The notes: generated from the letters alone by a model not told the origin. Positions 27,579 to 36,503 are shown, counted from the first letter of the stretch. The stretch: 64,000 bases of DNA from Patescibacteria group bacterium (GCA_043808365.1 JAZDEZ010000021.1:128403-192402); one strand, 5' to 3'. Program-made: numbers and translations.

Positions 27579-27923
27579 TTATGTGGTTTGTATGTGGATG
27601 CCGATAACGCCGTATTGTTTTTCCCGTTCCGTCGTGTAGAAACTGTGCAATATCTCGATCAATTTGTCTTTTGGCGTAGAGCCGGCGCTTCCTGGCGGGA
27701 TGCGGTTAAATAATTCAGAAAACGTCTGAGCTAGGGTGAGGCCGGTAACGACAGCGGGTATTTTTTTATTTCCATCGATGGAATGGGTAAAAATGATGGT
27801 GTCGCCAACGGATATTGTCTGGCGTTTTTTGTCGTATACGCGTAGCTCGACGGTTTTCGTGCCGCTGACGATTTCCTCGAAATACGGTGATTGCACGGTC
27901 ATAGTATGGTTACTGGTAATCAT
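27579..27923 (-). CDS. stand-alone ASCH-domain protein
   Basis: 114 aa with FEEIVSGTKTVELRVYDKKRQTISVGDTIIF, the ASCH signature. Confidence 0.65.
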   Translation of the reverse strand: MITSNHTMTVQSPYFEEIVSGTKTVELRVYDKKRQTISVGDTIIFTHSIDGNKKIPAVVTGLTLAQTFSELFNRIPPGSAGSTPKDKLIEILHSFYTTEREKQYGVIGIHIQTT

Positions 27924-28274
27924 ATAGATTATTGTAGCATTTGATTTTTAGAAAAACAAAGTGTGCTGGTGCTTGGAAGACTGATGCTGCCCGAGATATT
28001 TTTAGGAGCATGTTGCCCGGCGGCGGTTTCATCGTCCCGGGTAGCGCTGGCGTGCCACCGGCACCCCGACGGCGTTTCCCTTCGATCCACTTCGTTCACT
28101 CAGGGTCACTGCTACCGCTCAACTTCCTCTGTCTGGGTACTTCAAAAAAAATTCTACTCCCGTAAAGGGGATGAAAATTTTTCTGGGGTGGCCATCGGCC
28201 CCGCTATTCAGCGGGATTTCACTATTTGTTTTGATATTTGTTTTTAAGAATTGCACCCGAACTAGGAGTGCCAC

Positions 28275-28318
28275 CCCGTACAACGCCCCTTCACTTCGTT
28301 CGGGGTCGTGTACGGGGC
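28275..28318. repeat. nested GC-rich hairpin of the TCACTTCGTTC-loop family
   Basis: CCCCGTACA...TGTACGGGG is a 9-bp stem enclosing CCCC-TTCACTTCGTTC-GGGG. Confidence 0.8.
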
Positions 28319-28359
28319 AGGCAGACCTTAATATTTTTTATTACAAAAATCACCCCAGG

Positions 28360-28432
28360 GGTGGCTAGAGAGATTTGAACTCTCGTCACCGGTGCCACAG
28401 ACCAGTGCACTAACCACTGTGCTATAGCCACC
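28360..28432 (-). tRNA. tRNA-His (GTG)
   Basis: Cloverleaf read by eye with anticodon loop CTGTGGC, an extra 5' G(-1), T-arm GAGAG-TTCAAAT-CTCTC. CCA is not encoded. Confidence 0.9.
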
Positions 28433-28562
28433 ACTGGGGTGACTTGTGATTTAATATAAGTTGGGCGTAGAACCCGTAAATACTCTTGGTGCGGACGACC
28501 CCGGATAAGTCGCTTCGCTCCTGTACGGGGCAAGGAGGATTGCTACTGAGTCGTTGCTAAAA

Positions 28563-28645
28563 TGCCCAGGGCGGGAGTTGAACCCGCACCCTCTTGCGAG
28601 GCTAGCCCCTCAAGCTAGTGTGTATGCCAATTCCACCACCTGGGC
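28563..28645 (-). tRNA. tRNA-Leu (GAG)
   Basis: Anticodon loop TTGAGGG, a long variable arm and T-arm GCGGG-TTCAACT-CCCGC. CCA is not encoded. Confidence 0.9.
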
Positions 28646-28665
28646 TCAATCCGCATAAAATATTG

Positions 28666-29004
28666 TTAAGCTGCCGATTCTTTCAGTTTCTTTTTATAAC
28701 CTTGGAGGTAATACAATTTGGCTCGGCGGACTTTCGCTTTTTTTGTGACTTCGATTTTTGAAATAGTCGGTGAGTGCAGGGGGAATATTTTTTCTACGCC
28801 GATGCCCTCGGAAATCTTGCGGACCGTGATGGTGGCAGTCAGCCCTTGGCCGCCGCGTCGGGAGATGACCAATCCCTCAAATTTCTGCGTGCGCTCTTTT
28901 TCGCCTTCCTTGATTTTTTGGTGGATAATGACCGTGTAACCAGGCTGGACATCTGGCAGGTCTGCCTTTAGTTTTGACTTGTTCAGTTCATTGATGTTTA
29001 CCAT
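28666..29004 (-). CDS. rplS: 50S ribosomal protein L19
   Basis: 112 aa with PDVQPGYTVIIHQKIKEG...RTQKFEGLVISRRGGG-like core. Confidence 0.95.
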   Translation of the reverse strand: MVNINELNKSKLKADLPDVQPGYTVIIHQKIKEGEKERTQKFEGLVISRRGGQGLTATITVRKISEGIGVEKIFPLHSPTISKIEVTKKAKVRRAKLYYLQGYKKKLKESAA

Positions 29005-29038
29005 AAAATTGCCCTACATAATAATAATTAGCCACCCC

Positions 29039-29067
29039 AGCATAGCGGTTCGGGGCTGTATTGTCAA
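29039..29067 (-). promoter_or_regulatory. sigma70-type promoter of rplS
   Basis: Minus strand reads TTGACA, a 17-nt spacer, then TATGCT. Confidence 0.6.
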
Positions 29068-29162
29068 CCCATTTCGGCAAAGCTCTCCTCGAGTCTGAGC
29101 GACTCTCGGAATCGAAGACAGGGTTGACACTGAGATCAGTTTTCGGGGTCGAAGTGCCAATA

Positions 29163-30215
29163 CTATTTCAGTGAACCCAGATACTGGTTCAGTTCAGGAT
29201 CAAGAGGTTCTGAAAATTCCCGCCATTGGCCAGTGAGATCAGTGAATCCGAGTTTGGCAGCCTGGAGGAAAATGCGGCTTGACGGCAGGTGGTTCTTGGC
29301 GCGTATTTTTGTCGGACAATAGACCAGGTCGCCGACAATTGGCAGGCCATAAGCATTGAGGTGGACGCGGATCTGGTGGGTGCGGCCGGTCCGTGGACGA
29401 ACCTTTAGGAGCGTATATTTTACCAGACGTTTTATCACTTCAAATTGCGTTATCGCGTGCCGGCCGCGGTCATCCGAACCGGATGTCGGGACGCCCCGAA
29501 AAGTTCCACGGGGCACGGCCGCCATTTTGAAATCCCTGGTTTCGCTCCGGTCGATATTGAAAGTTATTTCATCCTCTTCTTTGGCCGGGTGGCCGTTGAC
29601 CAGGGCAGTGTATTCTTTTTTTATCGTCCGGTCCCGGAATTGTTTTTTGAGATGGTCGAACATGTCCTGCGTTTTGGCCACGACCATCAGTCCGGACACT
29701 TCCCGGTCTAGGCGGTGGACTATGCCCGGTCGGACCGGGTCTTCGCCGATTTTGGTGATGGCTGGGTATTTTTTTAATAACCAATCAACCAATGTCGGCT
29801 CCTGTTCGCCGGCCTGCCCGCCGAACTGGCAAGGCAGGCGGGCGCCTTCGTGCACCAGCAGTCCGGCGGGTTTGTGCAGGACTATGTAGCCGTCGGTTTC
29901 GGCAATGATGGTAATTGGCAAGTCGGCCAGTCGGCAAGTTGGTTTCTTGTTAATTTGGTTGGTTTTTTCGGATGGTCGCGCAGGCTGGAGAGCCTGCGCT
30001 TGGAGGATTTGAATTTCGTCTTTCTCTTTCAGAAAATGATGAACAGCAACAGCTTCACCGTTTACCAAAACGGCGCCAGACTTGATGAGTTTCTGGATCT
30101 GGGAGCGGGTCTGGTCCGGCCATTTTTCCGTCAGGAACTTGTCCAGGCGCTGGCCGGCTGAGTCTGATGTTACAGTTAAAGTGTTATTGACGCTAGTTGA
30201 TGTTTTTGCTATCAT
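29163..30215 (-). CDS. rluD: RluA-family 23S rRNA pseudouridine synthase (RluD-like, with S4 domain)
   Basis: N-terminal S4 domain (RLDKFL...LIKSGAVLVNG) and catalytic HRLDREVSGLMVVAKT. Confidence 0.8.
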   Translation of the reverse strand: MIAKTSTSVNNTLTVTSDSAGQRLDKFLTEKWPDQTRSQIQKLIKSGAVLVNGEAVAVHHFLKEKDEIQILQAQALQPARPSEKTNQINKKPTCRLADLPITIIAETDGYIVLHKPAGLLVHEGARLPCQFGGQAGEQEPTLVDWLLKKYPAITKIGEDPVRPGIVHRLDREVSGLMVVAKTQDMFDHLKKQFRDRTIKKEYTALVNGHPAKEEDEITFNIDRSETRDFKMAAVPRGTFRGVPTSGSDDRGRHAITQFEVIKRLVKYTLLKVRPRTGRTHQIRVHLNAYGLPIVGDLVYCPTKIRAKNHLPSSRIFLQAAKLGFTDLTGQWREFSEPLDPELNQYLGSLK

Positions 30216-30265
30216 AAATTACTAAATAAACAGAACCTTAAAATGTATGAAAAGGAGGAAGTGCA

Positions 30266-30796
30266 ATGAAGTGCTGGGAATATTATTTCATGCTAAGTGG
30301 AATTGTAACAGGATGTTTTGTGAATAAGTTTCATCAAGAGTATGCAGCTTGGGCGGAGGCATGCTTTGGCCCCCACAGTCAGGATAATAATTTGTTGAGT
30401 GAAGAGCATCTTAAGGAATTTACCATGGAAGTGATCTGGAAAAAGGTACTTCAGAGCGAGTTGGACAATTTAAATAACCCGGCTGCCGAGGCGTTGTGGA
30501 AAGCACTGCTGGAATGTCCGGCTGGGCTTCTTTATATCATTCCGGAAGAAGGGAATGATATCCCCTGGGATGATTATCTGGATGAGATGCGCCAGGCAGT
30601 ACTCGTCAGGCTTGTTGCAAGGATGCGCCAGCAAAAGTTACAAGAGCCGGAAAAGACATGGATTGAAATTTTGCAGGATCAACTGCGGATTATCTTCTTC
30701 AGAGCGTATCACCGGATATTTGATGACATCATCAGTCAGGAGCGCCGGAAGTTTACCAATGACATCATGCTGGGGGGATTTATACGAATCGTTTAG
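30266..30796 (+). CDS. hypothetical protein
   Basis: 176-aa ORF with an AAGGAGG RBS 8 nt upstream. No motif recognised. Confidence 0.4.
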   Translation: MKCWEYYFMLSGIVTGCFVNKFHQEYAAWAEACFGPHSQDNNLLSEEHLKEFTMEVIWKKVLQSELDNLNNPAAEALWKALLECPAGLLYIIPEEGNDIPWDDYLDEMRQAVLVRLVARMRQQKLQEPEKTWIEILQDQLRIIFFRAYHRIFDDIISQERRKFTNDIMLGGFIRIV

Positions 30797-30831
30797 GCTC
30801 TCTCCATACTGATCAGCAGATCGCTAGCTAT

Positions 30832-32307
30832 CTAGCGATCTTTTTTTGCGTTTTTTAAAAAAGCGATTGCTTCAGTCTTATTTTTTAATTTTCCTTTTAG
30901 TTGTTCCTCACGGACCAAATCTTTTAGGTCGCCGACCAGCCGTCCGGGCGCGATTTTCATGAGCCTCATAATATCATGGCCGTCAATCAACGCGGGCGGC
31001 AGGGTGGCCCGAGTCCTGGCGGTTTTTTTTAATGACAGGTATTGTTTTTCCAATGAGTTGTAGTCGGTAAAGTCCGGCTGGCCCGCCAGCGGGATGCTGG
31101 CCATGACGTCGGCGTACATCAGCCGGAGCAGGTCGCGGCCGGGATGCTGTTCATTGAAAAAATATTTTTCCAGGGTAACCCGTTTCATGGGAGAGTGTTT
31201 GGTATGCACGGCTAGCATGTGCCGGCTGATCAGCCAGACGACTTTTTCGATATCCACGCCGGCACTCGAAACTTTCAGCCGCTCCATGATGGCTCGCGCC
31301 TTGGCAGCGCCGACGGAGTCGTGGTTATTGAACCGGAGCCGATCCGCGCGCTTGATGGTGTAGGGCTTGCCCAGGTCATGGAACAACAGGCCGAGGACTA
31401 ATTCCCCGGATAACGGGATGTCGCTGAATTTTTTCCGGAATTTTTTTGTCGCTAGGTTCAAAAGGGCGATCCGCGTGTGTTTCCAGACGTCGCCTTCGCT
31501 GTGGAAGTTCCGAGGCTGGGGGCATTTTTTCATCATTAATAATTCCGGCAATAACCGTTTGGTCAGTCCGGATTGGTCAAACAAATCAAACGCCCTTGCC
31601 GGATCGGCAATAAAGGCTTTTACCAGCTCCCGGCTGATAGTTTCACGCGGCACGATGTATTCGCCGCCCTTTTTATCGTTAATGTGGAGCGCCAGTTTTT
31701 TAAGGGCGGAAAAAGTTTGTTTTTCTATTATGAAACCGAGTTGGCAGGCGAATCGCAGCGCCCGCAGCATGCGGGAATAATCCTCTTTAAACCTTTCGGA
31801 CGGCCTGCCCACAGTCCGGATGATTTTATTCTTAATATCTTTTTCTCCATCAAATTCGTCAATAAGTTTTTTATTGAAAATGTCGTAGGCCATGGCATTG
31901 ATGGTAAAGTCGCGCCTGGCCAGATCTTTTGAAATCCGCAAATATGGGTCTGACTGCACGTCAAAGTCTCGGTACCCGCCGGTCAGGAGCGCGTGTTCTG
32001 TCCGCGGCAAAGCAATGTCGATAGGTTCGATTGACTGTGAACTTTGAACTGTGAACTTTAAACTATGCGGGATGAATTTAAATACACCGAAATTTTTACC
32101 AACCAAATCCACGCGTCCTTCTTTCGCCAGGAAAGCCTGGAGTTTTTTGGTCGGCACGTTGCGGATAACGAAATCATAATCTTTAGTGGCGCGTTTCAGG
32201 ATGGTATCACGTACAATTCCGCCAACCAGAAAAATTTCCGCCTGAGGGAATTTTTTTTGGAGTTTGGCAATGAATGGGAATTTTTTTTGGAGTTGTAGTT
32301 GTTTCAT
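30832..32307 (-). CDS. cca: CCA-adding enzyme / tRNA nucleotidyltransferase with HD domain
   Basis: FLVGGIVRDTIL, DxD and RRDFTINA motifs, plus an HD domain (LLFHDLGKP). Confidence 0.8.
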   Translation of the reverse strand: MKQLQLQKKFPFIAKLQKKFPQAEIFLVGGIVRDTILKRATKDYDFVIRNVPTKKLQAFLAKEGRVDLVGKNFGVFKFIPHSLKFTVQSSQSIEPIDIALPRTEHALLTGGYRDFDVQSDPYLRISKDLARRDFTINAMAYDIFNKKLIDEFDGEKDIKNKIIRTVGRPSERFKEDYSRMLRALRFACQLGFIIEKQTFSALKKLALHINDKKGGEYIVPRETISRELVKAFIADPARAFDLFDQSGLTKRLLPELLMMKKCPQPRNFHSEGDVWKHTRIALLNLATKKFRKKFSDIPLSGELVLGLLFHDLGKPYTIKRADRLRFNNHDSVGAAKARAIMERLKVSSAGVDIEKVVWLISRHMLAVHTKHSPMKRVTLEKYFFNEQHPGRDLLRLMYADVMASIPLAGQPDFTDYNSLEKQYLSLKKTARTRATLPPALIDGHDIMRLMKIAPGRLVGDLKDLVREEQLKGKLKNKTEAIAFLKNAKKDR

Positions 32308-33326
32308 CCGAGAAAAAAATCAATGAATCGTTTGGCGAGCTTCTTGTTTTGCGTAAAATTGAGGGCGAGATAAACCGCGGCGTTGAATAAATTTTTACTG
32401 TGGCGGAGCGCGTTGACCAGCCGTTCCTGCTTGAATTTTTTGTTCAGTATTTTATTAATGGCTGGGCACGTGTACTGCGGGTCAAGGATTCTCCTGGCCA
32501 CTTCCTGGCCGGTAATTATGGCATTGCAGATGCCTTCCCCGGTAAAGCTTGGCGTGAAGCCGCCGGCATCCCCGACCAAGAAGATGTTGCCGAACAGCCA
32601 GCCCCGATAATCACAGTTTATGATCCAAGCTTCGGGCCGGCCCGCAGAAAGGTCTATACTGAAGTCACGGCACCAAGTATCCACTGTCTGTTTTAGGGGA
32701 TGGCCATGGAGTTCATCCGCGAGCTGGCCGGCGCCAATCAGGGTGTAATCACGATGCGGCATTATCCATCCGTAGCCGGAGCCGAAACGATGCGCATCGA
32801 AATACAGTTCTAGGTCGTGAGAGAGTCGGGGTACGCGGTATTGGAATGTTGAGCCGAACTTTTTCGTTGGAACTCTGAGATATTTTCTTACGAGGGAGAG
32901 CGAGCCGTCAGCGCCGATGAGATGGTGGAATTTTATTTTCCGGCCATCAATCGTAATGCGATCAGAGTCGACGTGGCTGACGAGGCGGCCAGTCACCACT
33001 TCCACCGTAGAAGACATGAGTCTCGCTAATTGCATGCGGCCAAGTTTGCCGCGATCTATAGTCGCCACGCACGGCTCCGAGCTCGTGACCCAATGCGCCT
33101 TGTGTTTGAAGAAAGTTTTGATTTTTGAGAATTGCCCGTCGGCAATGCTCAGCGGTATGCCGACGTCCGCGATTTTCGCGCTCAATCCGCCGCCGCATAC
33201 TTTGGGGCCGATCACCGAATTTTTTTCAATCAGCAAGACGTCCTGGCGGTGCCGTGATAATACTTCAGCCGCTGCCAGTCCGCCAGGGCCACCTCCGATA
33301 ATAATGACGTCGTATTCATTTTTCAT
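32304..33326 (-). CDS. FAD-dependent oxidoreductase, geranylgeranyl reductase family
   Basis: DVIIIGGGPGGLAAA dinucleotide fold followed by KVCGGGLS. Confidence 0.7.
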   Translation of the reverse strand: MKNEYDVIIIGGGPGGLAAAEVLSRHRQDVLLIEKNSVIGPKVCGGGLSAKIADVGIPLSIADGQFSKIKTFFKHKAHWVTSSEPCVATIDRGKLGRMQLARLMSSTVEVVTGRLVSHVDSDRITIDGRKIKFHHLIGADGSLSLVRKYLRVPTKKFGSTFQYRVPRLSHDLELYFDAHRFGSGYGWIMPHRDYTLIGAGQLADELHGHPLKQTVDTWCRDFSIDLSAGRPEAWIINCDYRGWLFGNIFLVGDAGGFTPSFTGEGICNAIITGQEVARRILDPQYTCPAINKILNKKFKQERLVNALRHSKNLFNAAVYLALNFTQNKKLAKRFIDFFLG

Positions 33327-33333
33327 AGAGGTC

Positions 33334-33380
33334 CTTCAATTCTTTCGGGATGAGATTATGAGCTGGGCCCATAATCTCAT
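33334..33380. repeat. palindrome-family element in the 5' UTR of the reductase gene
   Basis: TCC-TTCAATTCTTTC-GGA is followed by ATGAGATTATG-9 nt-CATAATCTCAT, an 11-bp stem. It shares TTCGGGATGAGATT with 3771-3784. Confidence 0.75.
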
Positions 33381-33518
33381 TTAACCATAGCGAAAAAGCG
33401 GCTTTATTACAAGCTATTGTATAAAAAATGTTGAATTTAGTTGGTAATGTTCCAAGACCCCAACGGATCGCATTTTTAAAAATGTGTTATACTGTCAGTA
33501 AAGCAAGGATTTAATCAT

Positions 33519-33731
33519 ATGAGACAGAACATGGCTCCCTGGGATCGAGGCGTACGGCTCATAATCGCCGCGGTGTTTTTTTTCCTGGTTTTTGGCGCGT
33601 ATGCGCATGGGATATTGGGCTGGGTGCTTGGAATTATTGGATTAATATTCATGTTTACCGGATTACTTGGCTTTTGTCCTCTGTATGCCATTTTCAAGTA
33701 TTCCACTATCCGAGATTCTTCAGAAGGATAG
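33519..33731 (+). CDS. DUF2892 (YgaP-like) small membrane protein
   Basis: 70 aa with WDRGVRLIIA...GFCPLY, characteristic of DUF2892. Confidence 0.7.
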   Translation: MRQNMAPWDRGVRLIIAAVFFFLVFGAYAHGILGWVLGIIGLIFMFTGLLGFCPLYAIFKYSTIRDSSEG

Positions 33732-33869
33732 TATTGTAATGAAAATAAAACCGCCCAGTCAGTCGACTGAGTGTTTTTGTAATATAAAAAGCCCCGTGTA
33801 AACTTTTCGTTAGAAGCGAGTTTACAGGGGGCCATGTGCTATTTGCAGGTGCAAACTTTATTAAGCTGG

Positions 33870-34322
33870 TTACCAGGGTTTACTTTTACGGCGTATGGCT
33901 ATGCTGATAATAATCATCAGAGGGCTGAGGATGAGGCCGATTCCAGCGCCACCAAAAAGGCGCGTATTTTCATCTCTAAATATCATGTCAGGTGAAAATC
34001 CCCACATAGTGGTTGTAACTGCATATCCTTGTAGCATACCGATCAAGGCGCCAGCGACCATGGGCAGGAAAATGACCGCCCCACTGGAACGAAAAATACC
34101 CCCGATGAATTTAGCGGTCTCGACTGATAGGCCCAGGATAAATCCAGTGATGACGAGCGCGATGAACGGTTGCCAGCCGATTATTGCCTCAGCTGTTTTT
34201 GCGCCCATGATTTCCCAGTCGGGACAGGCCATGTAAGCATGGACAAAGCCGCCACTGAAAGTCCATAAAGCGCAACCCGCGAAAGCCGTAACGACAAATG
34301 GACGATATTTTTCTTCACGCAT
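33870..34322 (-). CDS. integral membrane protein, unknown function
   Basis: Start MREEKYRPF with an AAGGAG RBS. About 4 TM segments. Confidence 0.5.
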   Translation of the reverse strand: MREEKYRPFVVTAFAGCALWTFSGGFVHAYMACPDWEIMGAKTAEAIIGWQPFIALVITGFILGLSVETAKFIGGIFRSSGAVIFLPMVAGALIGMLQGYAVTTTMWGFSPDMIFRDENTRLFGGAGIGLILSPLMIIISIAIRRKSKPW

Positions 34323-34341
34323 TAGATGACTCCTTTTAATT

Positions 34342-34418
34342 ATGTTAAAGATCCAACTCTTTTGTCGTACATTACTACTTACGAGGAGAAAATGCAAGGA
34401 AAATACAAAAACGCCCAG
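34342..34418 (-). repeat. 77-bp promoter/leader repeat, copy 1
   Basis: 76/77 identical to 35160-35236. The minus strand contains TTGCAT, an 18-nt spacer, then TAATGT. Confidence 0.85.
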
Positions 34419-34516
34419 CCATGCGGCTGAGTATTTTTTGTGTTAAATAAAAAAGCCCTCCTGAATCAGACACTGCAAAAGATTCAGAGAGGGCGTGGGC
34501 AATGTAGACGTTTTGT

Positions 34517-34843
34517 TTACTTCATGGGAGCAAAGATCAGACCGAAGGTACCTGAGACAATAAGAATCACTAAAAGAATTTTTGCAATGCGTTGAGCTTG
34601 GCGTTCATGGTAATCCGTCCATGTTGAACCGATCTCGGTCATGCCGATAATCATCCCAGCCGTTCTCAGAACGAGTTGGATGAGTATTTGAGACAGGAAA
34701 AACAGGCCAAGCAGTGCACAAATCACTAATGCAACCCAAGATCCTCCGAAAATCTGGCCACCCAGGAATACGCCGTAGATGGTACCGGCCAAAATTCCGA
34801 GACCGTCGATTGCCATCGATCCGCTCGCAGATGTATACGACAT
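34517..34843 (-). CDS. small integral membrane protein
   Basis: Start MSYTSASG with an AAGGAGG RBS. 3 TM segments. Confidence 0.5.
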   Translation of the reverse strand: MSYTSASGSMAIDGLGILAGTIYGVFLGGQIFGGSWVALVICALLGLFFLSQILIQLVLRTAGMIIGMTEIGSTWTDYHERQAQRIAKILLVILIVSGTFGLIFAPMK

Positions 34844-34862
34844 GTAAATCCTCCTTTTTTGT

Positions 34863-35138
34863 TCACGATAGAAGATGTTGCCCGGTGCCAATAATGGCTA
34901 GGATGAACGCGACGACAATAAGTGCCCCACCGCTCGCAGTAAGCGTTAGGGGTAATGAAATGTCGGGGTAACGGAAAAATAACTCCATTTGTTGCGCAAA
35001 ATCTAAGTTCAGCTGACGGTTTAGGCCGAGCCTGTTTGCTTTCCGCGTTGTGTCACAGGCTTTCCAAATCCACATCCCGATCAATAAGACCAGTATCCCC
35101 ACCACCCCGAATACAAGTGCTAATGGTAGTAAGTCCAT
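34863..35138 (-). CDS. small integral membrane protein
   Basis: 91 aa with 2 TM segments. Confidence 0.5.
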   Translation of the reverse strand: MDLLPLALVFGVVGILVLLIGMWIWKACDTTRKANRLGLNRQLNLDFAQQMELFFRYPDISLPLTLTASGGALIVVAFILAIIGTGQHLLS

Positions 35139-35159
35139 GATTTTTTACTCCGACCTGTA

Positions 35160-35236
35160 ATGTTAAAGATCCAACTCTTTTGTCGTACATTACTACTTAT
35201 GAGGAGAAAATGCAAGGAAAATACAAAAACGCCCAG
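35160..35236 (-). repeat. 77-bp promoter/leader repeat, copy 2
   Basis: See copy 1. It lies directly upstream of the 34863-35138 gene. Confidence 0.85.
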
Positions 35237-35257
35237 TCGTTCGACTGAGGGTCTTTG

Positions 35258-35333
35258 TGGTGCGCGCAGAAGGAATCGAACCTTCAACCTTAGGCTTAAG
35301 AGGCCTCTGCTCTGCCAATTGAGCTATGCGCGC
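35258..35333 (-). tRNA. tRNA-Lys (CTT)
   Basis: Anticodon loop CTCTTAA and T-arm GAAGG-TTCGATT-CCTTC. CCA is encoded. Confidence 0.9.
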
Positions 35334-35341
35334 ACGAGTTA

Positions 35342-35593
35342 TTAGCTAGTTATAGCGTCTCGATATTGTCGTTTCAATAATCGCCTGCCTTCCGTTGTTT
35401 TAAGAAATCGTTCTCTGCGCTCGGCATCACTTTTTAATTGATACGCTTCATATCCGATTAATGTTAGTGGACGGTATGACCGAGTTGAAGTGACGTGGCC
35501 GCGTTGGTGTTCGCCATATCTTTCCTTCAGTCTCTGAGTTAGCCCTTTATAAATATTATTATTTGATAACCTTAAGAAATAGACGAAGTACAT
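35342..35593 (-). CDS. GIY-YIG nuclease-domain protein (UPF0213-like)
   Basis: 83 aa with YFVYFLRLSNNNIYKGLT...R..EH motifs. It ends 8 nt upstream of tRNA-Lys. Confidence 0.75.
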   Translation of the reverse strand: MYFVYFLRLSNNNIYKGLTQRLKERYGEHQRGHVTSTRSYRPLTLIGYEAYQLKSDAERRERFLKTTEGRRLLKRQYRDAITS

Positions 35594-35703
35594 ATTTTTC
35601 TGTTAAGGGAATCGCCCGGCCATGCGACCGGGCAGCTATAGGCGCATGAATGCTGGTAGTGTAGCAAAAATGAAAGTTTTTTTCTAGGACCTGTACTGAT
35701 TTA

Positions 35704-36240
35704 TTATAACAGTTTTAAATAATCCAGCCCCAAATACCCTACTTCAATATCAGTCAGTTTTCCGCTCCTCAGCAGATCACGGAATTCACCCAAAGGCATT
35801 AATACAACATCGGCGAATTCCGTTTCATCCAATGTTTGTTTTGCGGCTTTTTCACATTCGGTGGCCACTAAACAATATCTGTTCATGGTTGAATAGGCGC
35901 AATCCAGAGCGGTCGTTACTAATGTAACTTTTCCGCGATATCCGGTTTCTTCCAATAATTCTCTGGTAGCGGTCTGTATGGGAGTTTCGCCAGGTTCGAG
36001 AAAACCGCCGGGAATTTCATTAAGGATTTTTTTGGGACCCGGCCGAAATTGTTTGACAAGAATTACTTCTTTATTTGTGGTTAGGGCCAGGATACCGACA
36101 GCGGGTCCTTCTTTCTTGATATAAAAATCACTTTCTTTATTATCAGGCAGTCGGAAGACGACTTTCTCGATTTTTCGGCTGTATTTTTGCCAGATTACTT
36201 CTCGGGATAATTCTTCCCATTTTTGTATTTTTTTATTCAT
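35704..36240 (-). CDS. NUDIX hydrolase (ADP-ribose pyrophosphatase-like)
   Basis: Nudix box GGFLEPGETPIQTATRELLEETG. I use the ATG at 36240. Confidence 0.8.
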   Translation of the reverse strand: MNKKIQKWEELSREVIWQKYSRKIEKVVFRLPDNKESDFYIKKEGPAVGILALTTNKEVILVKQFRPGPKKILNEIPGGFLEPGETPIQTATRELLEETGYRGKVTLVTTALDCAYSTMNRYCLVATECEKAAKQTLDETEFADVVLMPLGEFRDLLRSGKLTDIEVGYLGLDYLKLL

Positions 36241-36295
36241 GATTATTTTAATAAATATGCTGGTATCCCCACTTGTCCCGCCATTCGCTGCGCTC

Positions 36296-36463
36296 GGCGG
36301 GATTTTCACTTCGTTTTGAGAATCTCCGCCTCATGCCAGGGGCAGATGAGCCTCAGGCTCAAGAGGCGGACCCCGCCCTACTTTATTTATTTAATATTTG
36401 TGGCGGGGGAACCAAGATGTCTAGCTTCCGCCTTCGCCCTCATGCAGTTCGGGCTTCGGCGGA
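36296..36463. repeat. cluster of three or four GC-rich palindromic elements with TCCGCC...GGCGGA ends
   Basis: 36296-36330: GGCGGGATT...AATCTCCGCC. 36325-36370: TCCGCC...GGCGGA. 36427-36463: TCCGCCTTC-GCCC TCATGCAGTTC GGGC-TTCGGCGGA. Confidence 0.75.
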
Positions 36464-36503
36464 CGCGGTAGAAGGCTAGCGCTCCCCGCCCGCCTGACTC
36501 GTC

